NCBI GenBank assembly: GCA_013360745.1
Contig: JABWBA010000010.1
Location: forward strand, 646-64,645
DNA from: Chthonomonadales bacterium
Lineage (GTDB): Bacteria; Armatimonadota; Chthonomonadetes; Chthonomonadales; CAJBBX01
Reading direction: 5' to 3'
Length of the DNA stretch: 64,000 nt
Shown here: positions 1 to 9,535 of the stretch, one piece after another
How positions within the stretch are numbered: position 1 is the stretch's first letter
How the letters are laid out: the number at the start of each line of letters is the position of its first letter
Translations under genes and position numbers: made by a program
The notes under the pieces: model-generated
What the model saw: only the letters and a program-made list of their open reading frames with translations
The model's database searches: none
Told to the model about the DNA's origin: nothing

Positions 1-13
1 GAGCAGCGCCGGG

Positions 14-3000
14 ATGCTCCGCCGGCGCCTCGAGGCGGAGCTCCGGGACTCCGGACTGGCGGTTCCCGAACCAGTGAGGGGGCCGGATGCGGTCGTGTCC
101 GGCGGCGCTCCAGGCCTGCCCGAACCCGATCAGCCTGTGACTCAAGAGCGTGAGGGTGGCCCCAGCCGCGGCCTTGCGGCGATCTTCGAGGAGAACTGGC
201 TGATCCTGCTGGCCATCCTGGCAGGGGCCTTCATCATCGGCGGCATGCGTCAGGTCCTCGGCTGGGAGTGGGTCAGTCGGCTGGCGCAGACGCTTATGCC
301 GGCTGTTCCCTCGGTTCTATCGTGGCTGCTCCTGCGGTCCGGTATGAGGGCCGAGGTCCGCGGCAAGATCGGGCCACGCGCCTGCGCCATCGTCGGGATC
401 ACCCTCGCGACCTTCGCTGTGACCTCGGCTAACCGACGGTGGCTTGGCTTCGCGCTCACGCCGGAGTGGGCGATCGTCGTCGGGATGGGTGTGTCGTTGG
501 CGCTGGCGGGATGGGCGAGGCGGCGCAGCGGCGACGGCTTTCTCGAACATGCGGCCTTCGGTGCGACGGCTCTCCTCGCCCTGTTGCTGCCCCGCGCCAT
601 CGTGTCGAGCGGCGGAGCCGATGCGGCGCCGTGGCTCTACCCTGCGACCTATGCCCTGCTGGGAGGTGGGTGCCTTGCGGCAGGCGTGGAGCGACAGCGT
701 CGGAATGGTACTGGCGCGGAAGCTCTCGCGGCGACTGCCCGTGCGATACTGTGGGCGCACCTCAGCTTCGCGGCCGTGGCCGCGCTGGCCATCTACCCTG
801 CCGTCGACGGGGACTGGACCGCCGCACCGGCGCCCGCGATCGTCGGGCTTGTCGCCGTCTGCTACGTCGCGGCGGCGCGTGCGGTTGGCGATGCTTCGCT
901 GGCCTATGCAGGCTCCGGAGCTCTGGCGCTGACCGCGGGTCTGCTCCTCGGCGCCGGGCATCGGTCGCCGACTAGCCCCGAGGGAATCGCGCTGACGACT
1001 CTGCTCGGAGCGATTGCCGCGGCGCTCGGCCAACATGAGGGGCGTCTGGTCGGCACACAGGTTGGGCGATCGCCCCTGGCGGTCGCGTACGGCCGGATGG
1101 CCTTCTCGGCCTTCGTCGGAGCAGGTCTGTTGATCCTTGCCCGGGCCGCCGATGCGGCAGCGGCAGGACGCCCGCTGGACGACGCAGGCTGGCTTCTTGT
1201 TTCCGCTTCGGCACTGGCCTGTTCGGCGGCTTACGGCGCTGCGGCGGTTGGCATGGATCTCCCGGCAGGCCTATATGCCGCGGCAGCGGCGGGTGGCTTC
1301 GCGGTCTGGCTGCCGTCCGATCGGCTCCTCGCCGCGAGTGGCGCGGCGCCTGACTACCGGTTCTGCCTGAGCATGGCGATGACCGCGGTGGTGATGGCAG
1401 CGTGTGCGTCTGCGTTCCGGATGTGGGCGGCGGCGGCGGCGGTTGCGGGGATCTTCGAGCGCCGCCCTCAACAGACACCGATGGCTCCGGCAATGGGCAT
1501 CCCGCTCGCCGTCTCGACGCTGGCTCCCATGGCCCTGGGTCTGGCGAGCGCCGCACACGGGTACGAACACGCCGGGCCCCGATGGGAGCTGTGGGCGGGC
1601 CTGACGGCGCTCTGTGCGCTGAGCGGAGCGTGCGCAGCCCGCATGGCCCGAATCCACGATGATCTGGGTGGAGCGGCCCAGGTTGCCGGAGGCCTGTGCC
1701 TCGTGGGCGGGGCCATGCTCGCGGCGTTCCTTGCCCGCGAGACGGGAGCTGTGCCCGCCGACGTGGCCTCGGGGATCGCCCTGCTCGCCTTCGCCTGGGC
1801 TGCGTCGCTTGCGGCGGCCTGGCTCCGTATCGAGGAGCGACCGCCTTCTCTATCGAGCCTCTGGCGGCTGCCCCTCAGGCTGGTTGGAGGGACCGGATTC
1901 GCGCTGGCGTGCGCGCTGCTCCTCCATGGAGGTCGGCATGCAGAACATCAGCTTCTCCTCGCAGACGTGTTCGGCGTAGCTGCTGCGGTCTATGCCCTGG
2001 GATGCCATGCCTCAGGCAGGCCCGATCGGACCACAGTCTGGGGGTCGGCTGCGCTCCTTGCAGCCATGTGGCTCGTGCTCCCCTCAGATGGCCTGTCGGA
2101 TGCTCAGGAGTGGCGGCTCATCGGCGCATCGGCCGTTGCGGCGGCCTCCTACGGATGGGCGGCATGGCAGGGGGTTCCCGGCATGGGCTGGGCTGCCGTC
2201 TTCGCCGGATCCGCGGCCTGGCTCGGCACGACGATCCGGGCTATGCACGCCAACGATTCATGGTGGTGCCTTGCTCAGCTGCCCTGGCTGGCTGGCGTCT
2301 TCGCGGTAGGCCTCGCTGCCGACACGCCGGGCCGCCATCGAGGCGGCGCCTCGCTCCGCCGGGCTGCCCTGTTCGTGGCCATCGTCTATCAGGCCGTAGC
2401 AGTCATCGCAGCCTACGATGAGGTCCGCATTGACGATCAGGCGGCCATCGCCGGGATCTGGGCGTTCACGCTTGCGTTCGGCATCCGGGCTGCGTGGCTG
2501 CCGGGCCGACGGTGGGGAGCGCTCGCGGCTGGCCACACGCTGTGGGCGTCCGGAGCGACGCTCCTACTCATGGGCGTTCCGGGACATACGTGGACTGTCC
2601 GATTCGCCCTCTCCTGCGGCGCCGTTGTCCTGGGAGCACGCATCCTTGCCCGGTCGGAGCGGGGGGCCGCAGTCGCCTACGGGGCCGATACATCCGCCGG
2701 GATCGGCGCAGGTGTGGGGCTCCTCGTCGCGCTGGCCGTCGTGGCCGAGCCGGGCGCCGGCGAGCAGAGCCTGCTGGCCATCGCACTGGCCGGAGCTGTC
2801 TGGGCCTCCATCTGGGCGACGGGCCGAGGGACCATCTGGGCGCATAGCGCGGCTCTGGCCTTCCTGCTCGGCTACGGTCTCTTCCTATACAACCGCTTCT
2901 CGATCAGCGCCGACGTGCTGGACCTCTACCTGCTCCCCGTCTCGGGCTATCTCCTGGTTCTCGGCCATATGGCCGATCGGCGGCGGAAGATCGACGCTCC

Positions 3001-3358
3001 CATCCTCTGGTGGCTCGGGCTTCTGCTGTCGCTGACTCCGACGTTCGTGGCGTTCCACCTCCACTTCCAGTCGGGCGGCACTCCCCTTCACGCCATCCTC
3101 CTCATCGTCCAGTGCGTTGGAGCCGTCCTCTGGGGCATTGCGCGACGGATCAAAGCGTTCGCGGCCTGCGGTAGCCTCTTCGCCCTCGCCTTCGCGGGCG
3201 AGCTCATCCTCGGCGCCATCGGCCAGATCTGGGCAGGCCTCATCGCTCTCGTCGTCGGATCGGCGCTGCTCGCGGCCGTCTACATCCTGAGCACGCGGAG
3301 CGCCGAAGCCCGCGCCGTCATGGACCGTACGGTTCGTCAATGGCGCAGCTGGCGCTGA
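14..3358 (+). CDS. Very large polytopic membrane protein of unknown function, probably 5'-truncated by the window edge
   Basis: 1114-aa ORF of almost continuous Ala/Leu/Gly-rich hydrophobic helices. The frame is open back to the window start, and codons end mostly in G/C. Confidence 0.8.
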   Translation: MLRRRLEAELRDSGLAVPEPVRGPDAVVSGGAPGLPEPDQPVTQEREGGPSRGLAAIFEENWLILLAILAGAFIIGGMRQVLGWEWVSRLAQTLMPAVPSVLSWLLLRSGMRAEVRGKIGPRACAIVGITLATFAVTSANRRWLGFALTPEWAIVVGMGVSLALAGWARRRSGDGFLEHAAFGATALLALLLPRAIVSSGGADAAPWLYPATYALLGGGCLAAGVERQRRNGTGAEALAATARAILWAHLSFAAVAALAIYPAVDGDWTAAPAPAIVGLVAVCYVAAARAVGDASLAYAGSGALALTAGLLLGAGHRSPTSPEGIALTTLLGAIAAALGQHEGRLVGTQVGRSPLAVAYGRMAFSAFVGAGLLILARAADAAAAGRPLDDAGWLLVSASALACSAAYGAAAVGMDLPAGLYAAAAAGGFAVWLPSDRLLAASGAAPDYRFCLSMAMTAVVMAACASAFRMWAAAAAVAGIFERRPQQTPMAPAMGIPLAVSTLAPMALGLASAAHGYEHAGPRWELWAGLTALCALSGACAARMARIHDDLGGAAQVAGGLCLVGGAMLAAFLARETGAVPADVASGIALLAFAWAASLAAAWLRIEERPPSLSSLWRLPLRLVGGTGFALACALLLHGGRHAEHQLLLADVFGVAAAVYALGCHASGRPDRTTVWGSAALLAAMWLVLPSDGLSDAQEWRLIGASAVAAASYGWAAWQGVPGMGWAAVFAGSAAWLGTTIRAMHANDSWWCLAQLPWLAGVFAVGLAADTPGRHRGGASLRRAALFVAIVYQAVAVIAAYDEVRIDDQAAIAGIWAFTLAFGIRAAWLPGRRWGALAAGHTLWASGATLLLMGVPGHTWTVRFALSCGAVVLGARILARSERGAAVAYGADTSAGIGAGVGLLVALAVVAEPGAGEQSLLAIALAGAVWASIWATGRGTIWAHSAALAFLLGYGLFLYNRFSISADVLDLYLLPVSGYLLVLGHMADRRRKIDAPILWWLGLLLSLTPTFVAFHLHFQSGGTPLHAILLIVQCVGAVLWGIARRIKAFAACGSLFALAFAGELILGAIGQIWAGLIALVVGSALLAAVYILSTRSAEARAVMDRTVRQWRSWR

Positions 3359-3549
3359 TCCTCCGCCCGCATCTGGCTCAAGGCATTGTAGTGGAAGGGC
3401 TTACGAACATTGCAGAGCTGTTCCCATCACCGGTGCACGTCGATCCGCGTAACGTGGCGACGTTCCTCGATGTACACGACACTGACGACCGGCAGGTCCT
3501 TATGCGCGACGTCTATGAGCGGGTGGCCGCCAGGTTGGAGGCGCTGTAG
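3340..3549 (+). pseudogene. Short ORF, possibly a C-terminal relic of a nucleotidyltransferase-like gene
   Basis: 69-aa ORF with GC3-rich codons overlapping the upstream stop. LRPHL..GIVVEGL..IAELFPSPVHV.P..VATFLD...RDVYERV resembles, from recall only, the C-terminus of an uncharacterised nucleotidyltransferase-like family. Confidence 0.3.
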
Positions 3550-3584
3550 TCCCACTGATCGTGAAGCTGATGAAGAACTCCCTG

Positions 3585-3630
3585 TCCCATCCCTCGTCCG
3601 GGCGTGTTACGATACGGCCCCGGGGTGGGA
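3585..3630. terminator. Imperfect GC-rich hairpin between convergent genes
   Basis: TCCCATCCC pairs with GGGTGGGA around an inner GGGCGTG/TACGGCCC stem. Confidence 0.35.
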
Positions 3631-3642
3631 GGGAAGGTGCGC

Positions 3643-5637
3643 TTACTTCCTCCAGATCAGCCGGTAGTTGAATCGCCGGTTCGGGGCTGTGTCTCCGTGC
3701 GTGCAGAGGGAAATGGGATCCTTCAGCTCTGCGGGGTTGTCGGCCCATTTGAAGTCGAAGGTGAGGGCGTCGCCGGTCAGCCCGAGGAGCTGACGGGGGA
3801 TCGCTAGTTCGAGTTCACGACCGGCATAGCGCATGGGGATGTCCGCCACGGGCTTCCAACGCCCGTCCGGCCATATCCCGACATAGCGCATCAGCGTGGT
3901 CATGCGGGCGTTTCGCACGGTACGGTTGATAAGGAAGTCGTAACCGAACCATCCGGTGTTCGGATTCCGGTCGGCGTCGATGAGCAGCAGCATCCAGTGT
4001 CTGCCCGTATGCGGGGTGATCGGTGCGCGGGTCTCAACGTAAAAGGCGACTCTGGAGGGGTCGACCGCAACCTTGCAGTTCAGTATGTCGTTGCGGCCGC
4101 TTGTATCTTTATAGTACAGGCCTCCGTAGCCTTTATAATCGCGATGGAAGGTGTCGCCGAGGGTGTCCCGATACTCAACCATCACGCCGGCCCAATCCGA
4201 AAAGGAGCCGTCAACGCGAATGGGGTTCGGACCTCGGTTCACCGGAATAGGACGCACGCCCTTGTACCGCCGGATGTTCTGGGCCATCTGCATATAGTAG
4301 TTATCGGTATATCCGCCTTTCATCGGCTGAACGCAGCGATTGAACTCCATGTTGTACTGGTCGACGAAGAAATAGTTGCTGTCGCGCCGCATGAAGGGGA
4401 ACGTCGTGCCCGGGGCCGGGGGATACTTGCCCGCCGTCCATTCGTTCCAGTCGTTGATATACAGGAACTGCGGATTCGCATTGAGCGCTTCGTCCCATCG
4501 ATCCTGAAAGTAGATCCCGTAGCCTTCGGGTCGGGCTACGGTCTTCCCCAGCCAGGGCACATAGGTCGGCTTCGGCCGGTCGTACTCGTCCAGCTCGGGC
4601 TCCCCTTTCTCCCGGGTCCACGACTTGCCGACGAGGCTGGAGGGGTGCTGGGCCGGCGTCACCGCCGCCTCCTCCCGCTGGCCCTTGTGGGTCGAGACGA
4701 GGTCCATCGGGTTCATCTTCTGGACCGGTTCGTGGCCGAGGTCGTAGCCGAAGCTCCAGTTGTCCTCGGTACCGACGAACCGCTTGCCCGCCCACTGCCA
4801 GTAGCCCCACCACATGGTCCGCAGCGTGAAGAAGCTCTTCACCTCCCGGGTGTAGTCCTTGTAGAACTCATCGGCATAGTCCGGGTCGCCGTAGTGCGGA
4901 TGGTTCGGATCGGTCGCGGCTTTCGGGTCGTAGTTCGGGTTGCTGTTCGGGTGCTGCTGCCCTGTGGCATCGGCCGTCGGGGTGGCGTTGCACAGAAGGA
5001 GGGGCTTGCCGTCCCAGTGGAACCACAGGTCCCGATACCGCCCCTGCTTGTAGATCTTCTCGTAGAGGTCCTGCACGACGCTGATCACCGGACCGTTGAA
5101 CGCCCAGAAACAGAACTGAGGCACTCTGGTCCCTTCGGCCTTCATCTTCTGCATCACCGGGAAGATCACGGACCATTCGTCGTAGTACCGGACCGCGTTC
5201 GTGACGTCCATCACGAGGACATCGACGCCCGCATCGGCCAGCATCGACATATCTCGGCGGATGACCCATTCATCCTTACTGAGGAAGTAGCCGAACTCAG
5301 GCTCCGCCCAGTGATAGGACCCGTCCTTCCAGAGCGGATTATTGCCGTCCAGTCGGGCCGAGGGGTCCTGCGACAGGACACGGCTGACATCGGCGTTGAA
5401 GGGCCGGGCGAAGCCATCGTGGAGCGAATCGGCGTGCCACGCGATGTAGAAGATGCCGACGACCCTCCGATGATCCTTCTTGACAGGGCCGACGGCTTCG
5501 AACGTCGGCATCGTCCTGCCGAGCCCGTCGGCGGCGACCCACGTATCGGAGAACAGGTCACGAGGGGGAGTCTGCGCCTCGCACGGGATGCACGAGCAGA
5601 ACAGACTCACAACGGCTGTCAACATAATGCTGCGCAT
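3643..5637 (-). CDS. Secreted glycoside hydrolase, GH99/GH71-like barrel plus C-terminal beta domain
   Basis: Signal peptide, motifs DAGVDVLVMDVTN and INDWNEW, and RBS GGAGGT. Confidence 0.7.
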   Translation of the reverse strand: MRSIMLTAVVSLFCSCIPCEAQTPPRDLFSDTWVAADGLGRTMPTFEAVGPVKKDHRRVVGIFYIAWHADSLHDGFARPFNADVSRVLSQDPSARLDGNNPLWKDGSYHWAEPEFGYFLSKDEWVIRRDMSMLADAGVDVLVMDVTNAVRYYDEWSVIFPVMQKMKAEGTRVPQFCFWAFNGPVISVVQDLYEKIYKQGRYRDLWFHWDGKPLLLCNATPTADATGQQHPNSNPNYDPKAATDPNHPHYGDPDYADEFYKDYTREVKSFFTLRTMWWGYWQWAGKRFVGTEDNWSFGYDLGHEPVQKMNPMDLVSTHKGQREEAAVTPAQHPSSLVGKSWTREKGEPELDEYDRPKPTYVPWLGKTVARPEGYGIYFQDRWDEALNANPQFLYINDWNEWTAGKYPPAPGTTFPFMRRDSNYFFVDQYNMEFNRCVQPMKGGYTDNYYMQMAQNIRRYKGVRPIPVNRGPNPIRVDGSFSDWAGVMVEYRDTLGDTFHRDYKGYGGLYYKDTSGRNDILNCKVAVDPSRVAFYVETRAPITPHTGRHWMLLLIDADRNPNTGWFGYDFLINRTVRNARMTTLMRYVGIWPDGRWKPVADIPMRYAGRELELAIPRQLLGLTGDALTFDFKWADNPAELKDPISLCTHGDTAPNRRFNYRLIWRK

Positions 5638-5649
5638 GGATTACCTCCG

Positions 5650-6195
5650 CTATTCGTTGGTGAGCGGCGCTCCGATAACCGCCGCGACCGTGGCGGCGTA
5701 GGCTGATGACTCGGTCTCCTGGTCTCCGCGCGACAGGGCGGTAAAGGCGATGTTCTCCCAGAACCACCAGTCCGGCAGCATCGTCTCGTTGACCGCATCG
5801 CCCGGCCCAAGAAAACGACACAGCGTTAGCTCCGCGCCGCGAGAGGTAACCACGCTGATGGTATAGAGATCCAGCTCCTGATAACCTGCAGAGGCAAGGT
5901 ATTGAAACGGATTGAGATCCACCCAGGTGTATCGGACGCACTCCACGGCATCGAAGTGGACGAACCTGCGGAACGATACGACCCAGAAGAGGCGGGTGTG
6001 TATCTGGATCATCCGGAGTTTCGTGTCGATGGTGACCGATCGAAGCTTCAGAAACAACGTGAACAAGGCGAGGTGCGGCATGGTCGATGCGGTCAGGCGT
6101 CCGTTCTTGCCGATGATCCGCGGGCGGATTCGGAGCATGCGGCCGAACAGCACGCGAACGATCAATCCCGTGATGAGGTCGAAGAGGCATCCCAT
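5650..6195 (-). CDS. Hypothetical membrane-associated protein
   Basis: Likely start MGCLFDL at 6195, two hydrophobic segments, packed into the minus-strand run. Confidence 0.6.
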   Translation of the reverse strand: MGCLFDLITGLIVRVLFGRMLRIRPRIIGKNGRLTASTMPHLALFTLFLKLRSVTIDTKLRMIQIHTRLFWVVSFRRFVHFDAVECVRYTWVDLNPFQYLASAGYQELDLYTISVVTSRGAELTLCRFLGPGDAVNETMLPDWWFWENIAFTALSRGDQETESSAYAATVAAVIGAPLTNE

Positions 6196-6256
6196 CACTC
6201 GGCCCCACGGCAGAGTATACGGGAACAAGCAGCACGGGTTGCGAAGCCTCTCGGAG

Positions 6257-7405
6257 TCACTTCGGAGCGCTCCAGCTCCAGACCCGCGGCGCGTCTGGGA
6301 ACGGAAGGGCCGCAGGGCCGTCGGCCGACGGGCGGCCGGTGAACTGCTCGTCACAGAAGTCGAGGAGCGCCGTTAAATCGGACAGGTTGTGTTCATGCGG
6401 ACCCGGACGGTATCGGATGCCGATCCTATCGCGGGCGCCGAGCCATGCATAGACCTCAGCGGCGGCCTGATAGGTGATCTGGCTGCCCCTGGGGTTGGCC
6501 CACAGATCGCCCAGAGCCTCCGTGCTCACAAGACTTCGGGGAGCGACGCAGGCCTTCAGAGTGTGCTGATCGAACGGCAGTCGATCCGCGCGGCCCGCGA
6601 AATCGGCGAACCGGGCATGGAACCAGTAGGGGAACTGACGCACGATGGCCTCAAGGGTCTCGGACCGGTCATCGTGGAACCGATAGCATCCCGCCCCGCC
6701 GTATCCCGAGTTGTTGGGAGCGGTGACGGCGACTCGTTCATCGGTCGCGCCGGCCAGAAGCGCGCACTTCCCTCCCCTCGAATGGCCCGTCACGGCAATG
6801 CGATTGCCGTCGACCTCGGGTACCGTCAGCAGATAATCGACCGAACGATGGAACCCCCAGGCCCAGGCGGACAGTCGGCCCCCATCGTACTCCGGCCAGG
6901 CACGGTACACGCCCGTACGCTCGGGTCCGTCCGCGCCCACTTCCTCGCGGTTGAACGCCGCAAGGATATAGCCCCGCCGGAGCACGAGGCTGATGTGCGC
7001 ATCGCCCAGACGGCCCCAGCCGAGATCACCGTCGAGGATCACGGGAAACGGCCCGGCGCCCGACGGAATGGCCAGCAGCATCCGAACTTCGACCGAGCCC
7101 TTCGGCCCCATCCGCAGCCGAACGTCGCGCACGTTCCCGAGTCCGTCGGGGAGGTCGCGTCGGCTGATCGTCCGCCCCGATACCCGATCGCCCTCCGGGG
7201 GCAGCGAGCCGTACTGATAGTGGAGGAGCGTATCGAGGAGCCGCTTCCGCTGGGTCGGCCATTCGCGTCTCGACTCGATTCGGGATCCGCGCGAGGACAG
7301 GAAGGGGTCCGGGAGCTCGGAGATCGCGTGCAGCTTCTCGACCGGCGGGTACTCACCCGGAGATGCCATCGCAGCGCAGGCCAGCAGCAGGGCCGGCATC
7401 AGCAT
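6257..7405 (-). CDS. CE15 glucuronoyl-esterase-like alpha/beta hydrolase
   Basis: Signal peptide. The CE15 nucleophile motif GHSRGGK, AWAWG, and DQH..KACVAPR are all present. Confidence 0.85.
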   Translation of the reverse strand: MLMPALLLACAAMASPGEYPPVEKLHAISELPDPFLSSRGSRIESRREWPTQRKRLLDTLLHYQYGSLPPEGDRVSGRTISRRDLPDGLGNVRDVRLRMGPKGSVEVRMLLAIPSGAGPFPVILDGDLGWGRLGDAHISLVLRRGYILAAFNREEVGADGPERTGVYRAWPEYDGGRLSAWAWGFHRSVDYLLTVPEVDGNRIAVTGHSRGGKCALLAGATDERVAVTAPNNSGYGGAGCYRFHDDRSETLEAIVRQFPYWFHARFADFAGRADRLPFDQHTLKACVAPRSLVSTEALGDLWANPRGSQITYQAAAEVYAWLGARDRIGIRYRPGPHEHNLSDLTALLDFCDEQFTGRPSADGPAALPFPDAPRVWSWSAPK

Positions 7406-7450
7406 TCGATTCTCCTTTCCGCGCGTTCCCGATCCCGATACCGGTCCTGT

Positions 7451-9478
7451 TCAGTAGCGTTGATTCCCAGCGTCGAGGATCGGTACGCCCGCGGCATCCA
7501 ACCACGAGATCGCGAGCTTCGCCGGCTGATCACAGCGCACGACCTTGATCCGGAGCCGGTTCTCCCCCGCCCTCAGCTGGACCTTCGCGCCGGGCCCGTC
7601 GGTGAGCGTGGGTCGAAACGGCCGGTGATCATGGACTTGATAGACCAACCGGTCGTTGAGCCACACCCGAACGCCGTCGTTGGTGTGCACGATGAGCCGC
7701 GCCTCCAGCGGTTCGGTCCGGCGAAGGATCGTTAGACCATAGGCGACGCCAGGCAGGCCGGTAAAGAGTTCCTCGATCTCCATAACTGAGCGCCCAAACG
7801 GCATCCTGCGCCATCCAACCAGGCCATCGCCCCGTCCGAGATGGCGCTCGGTCAGGTCCGGTGTATCCTCGACCGTGTAGCCCTTCTCGAAGCCGCCGCC
7901 GAAGTCGTTCTTCAACGGACCGATGAACCACCAGCAGGCCGACAGATAGATCGGAACCGCGAAGCGAACCGGTTCGCCATCCTCCGGTGTCAGCGTGAGT
8001 GCGATGGGATTGATCTCCGCCGATTCGACAGCCTCGGGCGCTTTGATGGCGAAGCCCAGGCGCGCGGCGCGTCCGGGATCCAGGTGCAACGTCGGCCCCT
8101 GCGCCCCGGGGACCGCCACGATCCAGCCCCTGGGCGCGGTTACCTCGACATGTCCGTCGATCGGAGTTGAGCGGAGGTTGGTCAGGGTGACCACGAAACT
8201 GCTCGCAACGCCGGCGACGATGGCCGGACCCCGGGCGGCGCAATCGAAGGAGGCCTCAACCCCGTTCCTCCGATCGACGGAGACCGACGGGTTCAGGCCG
8301 AAGAGAGGCGAACTTCGGGCCGCATCGAGCCAGTTGCAGTCCTCCGTGGTCGTTGAGGGTATGTTCGACGTTGCAGGAGGGTCCGAATCGGCGTTCGGCG
8401 GCGGCGGCGCTTCCGAAGCGGGCTCGCCGGGTTGGGGCGCCTCCGTCGGCATCGGCGCAGCCGGGTCTCGAAGGTCCGCCATGCGTACCGGCAGCCGACG
8501 GGCCTCGATCATCCGGGCTGTGACGGCCATGGTCCGCTCGGTCAGCTCGTCGACGGTCGCCGGAACCGACAGCCCTTCGACCCCCCAACCGACGACGATC
8601 CTTCGACCGATCGGCGCCAGCCAACGCTCCGGCAGGCCCTTCGCGCCGCCCCGTATGCCCATGATGGCGCCGACCGTCGCCCCGGTCGTGTCCGTATCGT
8701 AGCCGCAGTTGACCGTCGCGCAGAGCGTATTGGCGAAATCGCCCTCGCCGTAGAGGAGGCCGAGCGCGATGAAGCCGAGGTTCTGCGGGGCGTCGGTGGG
8801 GTTCGGACATCCAACGGCGTCGAGCACGGCGGATCTTGCTTGCATAGCGGTCTTCGCGGCTCCGTGGGCCTCCCGGGCCGCGCGGATGGCGCCGCAAACG
8901 CGCGAGCCGTCCGGAACCCGGGCCAGACCGATGTCGAGCAGGGTCGCGATGTCACGGACGAAGAACGCGGCGCTCTCGAGCGCGGCAAGGAACATGGCAG
9001 CCCAGACACCTTCGCCCGCATGGTCCAGGACGGCGTCATGATAGGCCAGTTCCGCTGCATGATCCGGGCAGCCTGGCGCCGCCATGGCCCATATTCCGGC
9101 CCGGCCTGCGGCGCCCACACTGGATGCGAACCAGTTGCCATGGGAGCCCGAAAGCGGAGGTCGCGCGCCCCTGCGGAGGTTGACGGTCGCATAAGCGTAT
9201 TCATCCCACGAGTAGCGCACATGGTCCATCCACTCGCCTGCAAGGTCGCCGCTGGTCAGTTCGGGGCCGTGCTCCTCCAGGGCATGAAGCCAGAGAAGCT
9301 CCAGATCCAGGTCGTCACTGGCCGCGGGCTGGACGGGCGCCGGATCATAGAAGGTGACGCCCGGCGGATCGACCTTCCCTTCGAAGGGCGCGCCGAGGGT
9401 ACCGCCGACGTTCTTCCCCAACCAGCCGCCGAGGACCCGATCGGCACAGTCGTCCAATGGTATGGTCAGATCCGCCAT
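7451..9478 (-). CDS. ADP-ribosylglycohydrolase family protein with C-terminal Ig-like and beta-sandwich domains
   Basis: GWLGKNVGGTLGAPFEG, SDDLD and GYDTDTTGA metal-binding motifs. RBS GAGGAGGG precedes ATG 9478. Confidence 0.85.
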   Translation of the reverse strand: MADLTIPLDDCADRVLGGWLGKNVGGTLGAPFEGKVDPPGVTFYDPAPVQPAASDDLDLELLWLHALEEHGPELTSGDLAGEWMDHVRYSWDEYAYATVNLRRGARPPLSGSHGNWFASSVGAAGRAGIWAMAAPGCPDHAAELAYHDAVLDHAGEGVWAAMFLAALESAAFFVRDIATLLDIGLARVPDGSRVCGAIRAAREAHGAAKTAMQARSAVLDAVGCPNPTDAPQNLGFIALGLLYGEGDFANTLCATVNCGYDTDTTGATVGAIMGIRGGAKGLPERWLAPIGRRIVVGWGVEGLSVPATVDELTERTMAVTARMIEARRLPVRMADLRDPAAPMPTEAPQPGEPASEAPPPPNADSDPPATSNIPSTTTEDCNWLDAARSSPLFGLNPSVSVDRRNGVEASFDCAARGPAIVAGVASSFVVTLTNLRSTPIDGHVEVTAPRGWIVAVPGAQGPTLHLDPGRAARLGFAIKAPEAVESAEINPIALTLTPEDGEPVRFAVPIYLSACWWFIGPLKNDFGGGFEKGYTVEDTPDLTERHLGRGDGLVGWRRMPFGRSVMEIEELFTGLPGVAYGLTILRRTEPLEARLIVHTNDGVRVWLNDRLVYQVHDHRPFRPTLTDGPGAKVQLRAGENRLRIKVVRCDQPAKLAISWLDAAGVPILDAGNQRY

Positions 9479-9535
9479 GGTGCCCTCCTCATCGATCGTG
9501 CCGCCGGTAACCGCCAACACGCATCCAACCCGATG

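Noticed and set aside
3997-5706. Long antisense and alternative-frame ORFs here and throughout (e.g. 8432-10687, 41174-42733, 52556-53731)
   Set aside because: Shadow ORFs typical of high-GC DNA, lying opposite genes with clear motifs.
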